A stretch of DNA of 55,231 nt from contig KZ538664.1 of NCBI GenBank assembly GCA_000934665.2, positions 1-55,231 on the forward strand, in the 5' to 3' direction. The DNA comes from Catajapyx aquilonaris (taxonomy: Eukaryota). Shown here piece by piece: positions 38,301-46,817 of the stretch. The position numbers and the translations under genes are program-made. A model generated the notes under the pieces. That model did not search any database and had not been told where the DNA came from. It worked only from the letters and a program-made list of their open reading frames with translations. How positions within the stretch are numbered: position 1 is the first letter of the stretch; every line of letters starts with the position of its first letter.

Positions 38301-41300
38301 GGAAGCCTACCTTTACATCCAGTGACAAAAGGTGTTCAAAACTTAAAAATAACTGTCACTATCAACTTACAATGTTCCTCCATGTTTTGTTGTAAAAAAA
38401 ATCTCCGTTGTGGACATTTGCCTACTCTTCGATTCAAGGATTCGATAATAATTGTCACAAATGAGTCAAACCCTTCTTTCGGTACGTCTGGTAGAATGAG
38501 ATCAGGAAATTGAGCCTTTCTCTACATGTGCCCTACTCTCGACTCTTCGGCTGGGTGATGAGAGCATTTTCCGTACTCGCGACCATGAACTTTGACTTAG
38601 GGAGACTGAAAATGCATTGATATCCCATCGTAAGGCCCTGCCAGCAGTTCGAGTTATGGAGAACTTCCAGTTGTCGAAATTCGAGTTAGGGAAGTTTATT
38701 TCCTATTATTTTACATTGTGACCAACCAAGCTCAACATTTTCTTCGACGTATAGAGAACTTCGACTTAGGGAAGTTCGACTTATAGAAGTTTTACTGTAC
38801 TTCGCGAATGTATCGGCGTCAAGCCAGAAATGTGCATGATTAAATTACACCATTCTCTATTACACTGATATTTTTAAAAGTATTGTTTTAGTAAGGTTAA
38901 TGGAAAAGTACCCAGCCCTCTCTCTGGCAGGAATAGATGGTGATACTTTTAAATACGTTTAAAATTTTTAGTGTAATAGAGCACGGTGTAATTTTATCAC
39001 ACATTTCTGGGTTGCTGTCGATACATTCGCGAAGTACATTCGCGATTATAACAGCCGAGATAACTGAGGTGCGCAATTAACTTAATTATAATTACACAAA
39101 TGGTGATTTCTAAGTTTCAAATATATCATTAGATAGACAAACATTTGCACTATCTAGGGTTCACAGGTGGAATTTTTTGGCCTCCGAGAAGTGTCATAAA
39201 AAAATCATTTTGCGGTGTATGTCGGCAACTGCTCAAACAATGACACTTTCCTGTGTTCTTTTTGCGATAAAAAATTACACAGTGAAGATAGGTGAACATC
39301 TCGCATATATGTTATGTAGATTTAAACAAGCTTTCTAACGATGTATAACGTTATTTTTTTGGACAATTTTCCTGGAATTTATTTAGAGTCAAACACAGGG
39401 GCCAGTATTTAAAAAATCAGATAGTAGGCGATGGCGGGTATAGCTGGTACCTGGGGGTCGAATTCTTATGCCTAGATTCTAGGTGGCTGGTAGTGAAGGG
39501 GTTAGGGGACGTCCACATATTACGTAACGAGATTTAGGGGGGGGAGGGGGTTTGGGCGAGCGTGACGGTCCGTTACATGGGGGAGGGGGGGGGGTTGGGT
39601 AGCCGTTACGTAACGCATTTGAACGCACTGTATAAATATTCCGAGTGCGACTCAGCGTGGCCTGCGTGGCTGCATCGTCGTCCGCTACTGGTCCGAATCG
39701 GTAAAAAACGTGCGAAAAAAGCTATTTATGAGACTTTTCGTAGGAACTTGACAACCTCACTATTTTTATGCAAGGTATTTATGTGAGTCACATGTTGTAC
39801 TACTTGTTGATTCCATACCTATTGAGTGACAGAAAAATGACATTTTTGTTCTGACTATTTTCTCTTTTATATAAAACTTGCCCATATTGTAGCTTTAAAA
39901 ATACGCACCTGTACGTAACGTAGTTCGTTAATTCTTTCGCTTTTCTTCTGAAATACGGGCGACGCGGTGGCGTAGTGGTTTAATATTATAAAGTCCGCCT
40001 CCTCCCACCTCTGGGGTCCCAGGTTCGATCCCCGGATTGGGCCAAGGATTTCCCATATGGGTTGAGTTTCGATGGAGTTCTCTCCGCGCTTGCGTGGGTT
40101 TTATATCGGGGTTCTCCAGTTAGAAATTTCCTCCCACACTCCAAAAACTATCTTCCCCTCCCCCTTTGTTTCGCCCTCCCCCCACCCTCCCAAGAACCTC
40201 ATAGCCTGAGTCGCCTCGGCTTCCCCTTTTTAAACAAATCTTCTGAAATACAGATCATTTCTGTCTATATTAAATTTTAGTATCGGTACAAAAGTTTTCT
40301 TTTCTTTCACAAGTACAGTAGTTTTACAGTAAACATATTCTTAAAATTATTGCCTTGGTTTTATATACATGAAACACGTGGGGCTCGTTCTGAAGCACGA
40401 AATTTTAAAAATAGCAGGCGTTACGTAATGGAGGGGGGGGGGAGGGGGTTAAAAATGGCCAAAAATACCGTTACGTAATATGTGGACGTCCCCTTAAGGA
40501 TGTTCAGTTTGGGCTAACTGAGTTGGCATGTATTGACCTAGTTAGTAATAGTCCAAATTAGGATCTAACATTCTAAATGCAGACTGCAGATGCACACAGT
40601 ACCTGTGGCAGCCTTTCTCATTATTAACCTCACTTCCCACTCCTTCCTGAGCCATCTGTCACATGAGAACCTGTGTCGTTGGAGTTCAGCTTTTGATTAC
40701 ATCCCCAGACTCACAGCAGTACTTGTGGGGGGCCCTTTCTGCATGCCGGTAATAACAACTGCTTGTCCCCAAGGAGGTTAGGGTAGCCAGAAGGGTAAAT
40801 AGGCAAGGTAAATAGGTGCCTTTGGGATACAGGCCAGTGTAAGAGCTGGAGTGAGGTGGATTGCTTGAATTTAGCAACAAAAATTCCTGACTATGTGTAC
40901 CCAGTACATTTGCCATTACTGTAACTCACATGGTTGCTGCCAAATGTCAGCCATGCTGGCCATGCTTGGCCCAGCTGGGAAATCCCCATTCAGCTAGATG
41001 CCGTGGGTGGTAGTGCGTGGGATTGCCGCTACAGTGTTGTGCAGGTTTACTCAGGGGTAGTGCCTGTTGTGATCCTAGTGGGTGACTCTGCATTTTAGGA
41101 CTTCACATCGATGCCATCGATATTAGAGCTATGCAAAGTAAATGCAAAATCACCCACTAGGATCGCGACAGGCACTGCCCCTGAGTAAACCTGAGCAACG
41201 TTGTAACCCCTTCCCCACGCACTACCACCCACGACATCTAGTTGAATTGGATAAGAGTGGGAGTGACCAGACCGGTATAAGATTGTGGGTCAGACTAACC

Positions 41301-42484
41301 CAATTGGCAGTGGGACTGGCCATCAAATACAGTTTCATAGTGGCACCACTGTGTAAAAACTGATGAATAGTATCAACTAGCAGGATACTCGAGTTTCCCA
41401 AGTATTAAAGCTGTCAGTTGATAACCACTTAGTTACGACATCGGATGACCTTTGTGGCCAAATGTGTTGTCACCTGTATTCCCATTTTTGGGGTCAACAA
41501 ACACTTTTCATAAAAATGGATATCTCAGATCTGAACTCTTCTGACCTCCTGCTACCTTGGAACCAGCCTCAGCTTTGCCTCAAGGCGGCACTACTGCCCT
41601 ACCACCACTCCAGTTGTACATGACCTGTCCCCAGTGCCTTTTGCCTCCCAGCTTGTCTTCCTCCTTTCTCCGTTCAGTACCTCCACCCGACTCATCGGCC
41701 CCATACCATCACAGCCCAAACCCATCTGCCCCTACCCCAGGCAAACTGGCTTCTCCACTGCCTCTGCTTTTGCCTGGCATGCAGCAGGTCTCTCACCCAT
41801 GGCCTCCAATTTTGTCCAAACACTATCCATCAATAGCAAAAGGATCCCATTGGACTTGCCACCCCCTAGGCCCACTCCTGTTCTTGCCCAGGGGCAACCC
41901 AGGGACTGAAATTGTAGAGGTTGACAGACACCTTAAATGAGATCAATGTGTAGTCAATCGCCATCTGAAAATGCAATTCTGGAGAATCCAAATTTTCAAA
42001 TTTCTAAGAAGATGCCTCATGCAATAAAAGGAGTAAGCAGTGTCAACAAAATGACATTGCTTGTATTTTTACTATTGTGAACATTTTCTGAGATGTTGCC
42101 TAATTTATGAAAATTGACCACCTCTTTTCAAGATCATGCTAAATGTAGAACACCTACATTTGAACTAGGGAAAGGTTTTCTCATGACTACTTGTAGTCTT
42201 GATGCAATATTCCAATGCACCATGGATGGAGTTACAAATGAATTGGTGTATGGTAATTCCATTTGCTTACACGTGTTGTTGACTTGTACAGAAAGGGGTG
42301 TATGTAACATGCAGTCATATTGCAACCAGGCCTAACATTTCAGGTGGATGGGCGAGGTGTTCCCATATTGGCCAGGTGGCAGCGAGACTACACCATCAAA
42401 ACCGTGCTCCAAGAGCTCCGCCGACTAATGACAGTCAAGGAGAATATGAAGCTGTCACAGCCCCCTGAAGGAAGCACCTTTTAG
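25808..42484 (+). CDS. UBE2V1: Ubiquitin-conjugating enzyme E2 variant (UBE2V1/2, Uev1A/Mms2), 144 aa
   Basis: Exons 25808-25832, 27464-27606 ([27 protein letters not shown]...[10 protein letters not shown]), 32940-33065 ([19 protein letters not shown]), 42344-42484 ([21 protein letters not shown]...QPPEGSTF, stop); all GT-AG and in phase; alternative in-frame ATG at 25802. Confidence 0.96.
26346..26818. mobile_element. Tc1/mariner-type MITE with nested element
   Basis: TA-CAGTGTTGGACATAAATCGAGGC...GCCTCGATTTATGTGCAACACTG-TA. Confidence 0.82.
26437..26744. mobile_element. Nested MITE (PIF/Harbinger-like, tentative)
   Basis: TIR AGGTGAATTCGTTTATGGCTGAGTGTAGC / GCTACACTCAGCCATAAACGAATTCACCT; internal GCTACAC repeats; absent from related copy at 23971. 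Confidence 0.75.
27300..27407. repeat. Hairpin with about 44-bp stem in UBE2V intron 1
   Basis: GTCCAACAAGAACTGTCGCAGCGGCAGTGCACGAACTAC pairs with GTAGTTCGTGCGCTGCCGCTGTGACAATTCTTGTTGGAC with few mismatches. Confidence 0.8.
27760..28623. mobile_element. Mariner-type foldback MITE, diverged arms
   Basis: TA-TGAGGGCCTTTCAAT...ATTGAAAGGCTCTCG-TA; inverted similarity extends almost to the centre. Confidence 0.85.
28739..28806 (+). pseudogene. tRNA-Gly-derived pseudogene or SINE head
   Basis: GCATCGGTGGTTCAGTGG...GGTTCGATTCCCGGCCGATGC matches tRNA-Gly(GCC) acceptor, D and T arms; anticodon loop shortened and lacks GCC. Confidence 0.75.
29140..29393 (+). mobile_element. 5'-truncated SINE related to family C
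   Basis: Shares GGTTTTCTGTGGTTTCCC and GGCCACAGCC core; (TTA)n tail; 14-bp TSD TATATCCTGCTAAG. Confidence 0.8.
29420..29865 (-). mobile_element. Internally deleted mariner-like element retaining transposase N-terminal HTH (DUF4817-like)
   Basis: TA-flanked TIRs CATGGTTGGGCAAAATGTATGGTC / GACCATACAATTTGCCCAACCCTG; minus frame [23 protein letters not shown]...[14 protein letters not shown]. Confidence 0.82.
31256..31545. repeat. Near-perfect 290-bp GC-rich palindrome without TSD
   Basis: CCTGCCGAAGGATTACGCACCGGG...CCCGGTGCGTAATCCCTCGGCAGG; centre GGCCGC-TG-GCGGCC. Confidence 0.92.
32108..32330. mobile_element. Mariner-like terminal fragment
   Basis: TA-CGAGGGCTGTTCAAAAA start and mariner-like subterminal sequence; no matching right TIR found. 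Confidence 0.5.
33571..34383. mobile_element. Mariner-type foldback MITE
   Basis: TA-CGAGGGTTGAGTCAAAAGTCATGGCG...CGCCATGACTTTTGACTCTACCCTCG-TA; about 300-bp arms; poly-G expansion in right arm. Confidence 0.88.
34386..35272. mobile_element. Tc1-type foldback MITE
   Basis: TA-CACTACCGGTCAAAAGTTT...AAACTTTTGACCCGTAGTG-TA; about 320-bp diverged arms. Confidence 0.86.
36364..37124. mobile_element. Tc1/mariner-type MITE carrying a SINE insertion
   Basis: TA-CAGGGTG...CACCCTG-TA; about 110-bp arms; SINE-free sister copy at 51642-52092. Confidence 0.88.
36679..37009 (-). mobile_element. tRNA-derived SINE, family A
   Basis: Homologous to 4633-4984; TSD CATTTA(T/C)CTCAGT. Confidence 0.85.
37392..37644. 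mobile_element. hAT Charlie-like MITE
   Basis: TIR CAGTGGTTCCCAACC / GGTTGGGAACCACTG; GGGGTCG subterminal motifs; TSD degenerate. Confidence 0.78.
38193..38797. mobile_element. pogo/Tigger-like MITE
   Basis: TA-CAGTAAAACTTCTATAAGTCGAA / TTCGACTTATAGAAGTTTTACTG-TA; repeated TTCGAGTTA / TTCGACTTA subterminal motifs. Confidence 0.88.
38800..39034. mobile_element. Small TA-flanked palindromic MITE
   Basis: TA-CTTCGCGAATGTATCG...CGATACATTCGCGAAG-TA. Confidence 0.75.
39505..40493. mobile_element. PIF/Harbinger-like MITE with TTA TSD
   Basis: 25-bp TIR GGGGACGTCCACATATTACGTAACG / CGTTACGTAATATGTGGACGTCCCC; TTA on both flanks. Confidence 0.88.
39957..40238 (+). mobile_element. tRNA-derived SINE, family E, with V-domain-like core
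   Basis: A box TGGCGTAGTGG, B box GGTTCGATCCC, core TGCGTGGGTTT...TTTCCTCCCACACTCCAAAAAC; 13-bp TSD TCTTCTGAAATAC. Confidence 0.82.
40988..41247. repeat. Imperfect 260-bp palindrome without obvious TSD
   Basis: ATTCAGCTAGATGCCGTGGGTGGTAGTGCGTGGG / CCCACGCACTACCACCCACGACATCTAGTTGAAT and inner GGTTTACTCAGGGG / CCCCTGAGTAAACC. Confidence 0.85.
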
Positions 42485-43837
42485 TGCCCAACGCCATTTG
42501 ATTGGGATTCAAGTGAACCAGCCAGCCATCCCATCGCCTTCTGTGCACCCGCAGGACTTACGCTGTACTACAATAGTGTTCCCCTCCCCTTGCTCCTTCT
42601 CCCCAATTCCTATCCTGTGGTTCTCATTGCCTTCTCAGCTTGTCCTCACTCTTTACTTATTCTTTATATACGGAAGGAGATGCAAAGAAAAACTTGACAT
42701 GCTTCCCTTTTCTTTTTTTGACTTTTTGCATTAATTTTGTGCCTCTACTATTGTTAATTATTTTGTGTACTACCTCTTGACCTCCCTTACTGCACTCTGC
42801 TAGCCTAGTATAGATTCCGAGCCATTGATTTGTTTGGTTCCCCCCCTCTGTAGCTCAACTTCTTTGCTACCTGCTTCCATTGTTATGAATACCTGCTGAC
42901 CTTGTAACCTACCCAATAAAAAAATATCCCGAATGGTGACTCTTAACCATACACACTGGGTGCTGCATGTTTGAAAGCACCTGGTTCCAAGAAGACAGAT
43001 ATGAAGCAGCTGCTCTAAGTGCGGGTTTTTCGAATAATGCAGGAAGGAAGGAAACAGTTTGACATAGGAAAGCCAGGTTATGCAAGGAAGGTCCTGTGTG
43101 AGAGTGGGAAGGACATGCTTTGTTGCATTGAGTAAGCACATTTGGTTTTATTTACGTTAAAGAAAAGGTGCTGTAATGGTTTTGAAACCTTGCTTTTTGG
43201 TTCCTGCTCATCTTGAGGGTAGCACGGAGAGTGATGCAGGCAGAATTGTCTGGAGTAAAGTCATACACAATGATGCCCACATTCTAGTTGGGAGATGTCT
43301 GCACAACTCGACGTTGAGAATTCCACTTTTTTTTTCTCTTTTGTTGGTTTCTTGGATATGCAATAAAAATTGTGATTTTGTCACTTGGCATACGAGTATT
43401 TGGACAAAACAGCCTGTTGTTCCTATCCTGCTGCCTTTTTTCCCATAGTACTGTCACTAGTGTGCGATGATTTCTTTTTCACCATAATAATTCTCCAGAA
43501 CAGAAAGAAGTACTTGCCCAAAATCATAATGGTACGTTCACCTGCGAATCTGCTTGGATGGAGATGGGAAAAGTGTCATACCATCGGAACGACGCGTGGT
43601 AGGATGTCGTGACTTTAGCACTGTACAGAGGTGTCACTGGTCTACCACTGGGACTAGAAATGATGCCTCTCAGACAATTACCGTAAATAATATGCGCTCA
43701 CAGCGAGCACTGACACAATATCATTCCGTCAGGAGGATATGGCCTGTATCTTATGGCTATTTTACTCCCAGAAACCAGTGTAACAATGCTATCTGCACGT
43801 ATGTAAGGGCTGTGCGTCCAGTGTTGGCATTGCCCAT

Positions 43838-44598
43838 GCTATGGGACGTGGATGTCCCACATCTACGCACCTCCACGAGGTAATTCTGAAGGCCCAAGAG
43901 GATGCAAAGTCAGGCAGGGCAATCTCCAGACAACTTGGACTGCGACAGAGCACTGTAGCCGACATTATTAGAAAATGTAAGCACAGGGGCACTGTTAAAC
44001 CTAAGCGTCCCTCTGGGAGACCGAGGGAAACGACAATGAGGGACGACTGCGGCCTCTGAAAACTGGCGAAGAGGAACAGGAGGCTCGCAACAGCACAACT
44101 GAAGGAAGAATGGACAGCACAAACAGGAAAATACTTGTCGAGGGAAACCTGCCGCCGTCGAATACATGACCTAGGCCTCAGCTTCTACAAGGTAAGTTCA
44201 TTTTTAAAAAATGCAAACGCGTGGTCACATTTTTATGACTCTTTACATTTTAGTCGAAGAAGAAACCTCTCTTGACAGCGAAGCGTAAACAGACGAGACT
44301 TCGTTGGACAAAGGAAAGGCGGAACTGAAGCAAGAGGATTTGGTCAACAGTGATATTCATCGACGAATCCACCTTCTATGTAGATCCTGGTGACTCTCGG
44401 CGACGTGTAATACACACAAAGGAGGAGGCCTTACACCCAGATTGCCTGACCCGAACAGTGAAACATGCGTCAAGTGTGATGATATGGGTTTGCATGGGCA
44501 GGAATGGACTTGGAAAGCTACATTTTGTCGATGGTAAAATTGACGCCAGAGTCTATCAAGACATCTTGCAGACAAATCTGCTGCTGTCCATCCCAAAG
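43838..44598 (+). mobile_element. Degenerate Minos-like Tc1 transposase with 62-bp intron; 3' part lost
   Basis: HTH region and SGRPR, GLSFYK | GT-AG intron 44192-44253 | SKKKPLLT, IFIDES, VMIWVCM, GLGKLHFVDG, LLLSIPK; two in-frame stops; later catalytic D and E absent. Confidence 0.88.
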
Positions 44599-45813
44599 GT
44601 GTGGCCGTTGGAATAAGGCGTATCATTAGGTCTGATACGTAGCCTGTTCTCGCAATCTTTTCCACTCGTGCGTTGACCGTGTCCCACTTGTACCAATGCA
44701 CCTGCAGGACATATACCATCATATGAACCCCACAAACTGCTTGATCCTCAAACCTGGCCGATTTTAAAAGCTTCCAAAACGTAATAATCATCACGTGATC
44801 GCCGTGAACGAGAAGGAAACATTTTTCAGTTTCCTTCTCATTCACGCCGATTACGTACGATGCTTAAAAACACTCACCTGCAGGTGCAAATCGTCTTCGT
44901 CCAATTTTTGGAGGATGTCATCATGGAGGAAGCCTAGGAGAGAGCACCTGGGGCAGTGACCCAACATGCAGTCTGAACTGTCGCTGTCGCACACGATGCT
45001 GTCAACCAGTTCTGTCGTGGTTGATGGGAATATGCCAGGAAACTCTGAGCGGAGGCACTGCAGCACCAATTGCATGTTCTCGTGATGTTTGCACAAGCAG
45101 GCGGTCACCGGCATATCCGAGCTCAGGCAAACCTGCGCTGGACGAAGGTGGCAAAACTTCGACAGGCCAAGTACCACATTAGGATGTTCCTTTTTGAAGA
45201 CCTGATATGTCTCGCGAAGAGACATCTGCAGATGCCTCTTTTGGAACTTCTGTTTTTGTCCACTGTGCTGATCTTTGATGATGACAAAATCACGCATGCC
45301 CGGGGCCTGTCTGGAGATTTCGTCACATTCGTAGAAATTTTTTACTAAAGCCTCAATCTCCATGGCATTCTCATCTACTTGTTGTTGTCGAGGCGCTGGC
45401 GCCGTGTTAACGTTGTTCCTCGCAGCCAACTCCTTGATAACAGCTTTCCTTTTATCCAGGTCTGCAGGCAGAGCTTTCTCTGCTCTCTTCACTGCCTTCC
45501 CAAATGACTGGCGACAACTAAACGGAAGGTATGGCAGAGTGCTAGCAACCTGCCTGTTGGCAGTTCCTGGAGTAGTTGCAGCATTTTGTCGTTTCCTCTC
45601 CCGGGAACGACGTTTACGTTCGCAATTGTCACGCCTTATCTTAGCTTGACACTCTTCGCCACTGCGGCAAGACATACTGGCCAATGCTTCCTTTTTCTTT
45701 CTTCGTGACACCCTCTTCCTCTCTGCTTCCTTGGCCTTATAGGCTGCATCATTCTTCTTCCGCTGATAATACGTGTGCTGCCGTTGCTTGTTTGTTTTAG
45801 GAGGAGCTTTCAT
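44597..45813 (-). mobile_element. Truncated putative DNA transposase (Sola-like, family tentative) with one intron
   Basis: Intact exon 45813-44878 with basic N-terminus, FYECDEISRQAPG, KRHLQMSLRETY, SKFCHLRP, CLCKHHEN, CxxxxxxCxxxxCxxC; GT-AG intron 44877-44702; next exon VHWYKWD... cut at about 44597. Confidence 0.65.
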
Positions 45814-46817
45814 GTTTCACCTAAATGTACGTACGTCTGAGTCTTAATTATGAGCTAAAATCATAGTACAGTATTATAATCCTAAGTAGGTGAACCTACC
45901 TATGGAAATGCTTCCTACATCTCCAATTCCTTCAACTCAAAGCTGACTGCCTTCGAGTCCGCATCTAGATATACTAACCAGTGTAGTTTATTGTCCAGGC
46001 AATTTATTTGTGATAATATGACTCCTGCTGTTGCCATATATTGAACCACTGTTCCCATTTGACGTGGCATATTGAACCACTGTTCCATTTTACTAGGCAA
46101 CATCCTAGAACCTTCCTTGTGGTGGCATAAAGTAGTCGCAATATTTAATATGATTTATATTTCGCCTTGGATGCGACTCTAAGTTGCGTTACGGACAATT
46201 ATGTCCCTAACAGGTCACGTCCGTAACGGACATTTCCCCATTATTCGACATCGATTTTGACATTTTTGTGTCGACATCTTCTTTCCCTTGGGCCCCCAGA
46301 TTTGCATACAAAGAATGCTGTCGATCAACGACTTATCCTTCATGAGACAAGAACTTTGCCATGTTCGTGTTAGGGACGTGACACGTCCATCGCGGGTCAT
46401 TGCTTATAGACAACATTATCATTCCGCAAGTGATCAATTTCTTTTAGACGCGTAGCAGTGTGCATCGACATATGGCCGTGTGTACGTATTCCACATGGAT
46501 ATTTGTTCTTATGTCCCATATTGTTATGGACATTTCTTCATGCGCTTCTTCAGGTAGCTTGCGCAGCCATGCACAGTCGACCTCATATACACATCGTCTC
46601 CACACTCACACAATGCCATGCAAGGAGCATTTGTGTGTGGTGCAGTTACATATGGACTACGCCCTTTCATCATGCATAGATATTTTCTTCCAGTCGTGAC
46701 ATTTAAAAAAATAGTGTCAGGTTGACTTTTCCGTGGAATTGCTCATTGGCAAAATCCTAGAACACGTGTGGTGGCCTGATTCCGCACGTATCTTCTGATG
46801 GTTTCCTTGGCAATAAA

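Larger units (their letters stand above)
37920..39501. mobile_element. piggyBac-like non-autonomous element with two nested MITEs
   Basis: TTAA-CCCCTTCGCTACCAG...CTGGTAGTGAAGGGG-TTA[insertion]A; right TTAA restored when the 39505 element is removed. Confidence 0.78.
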
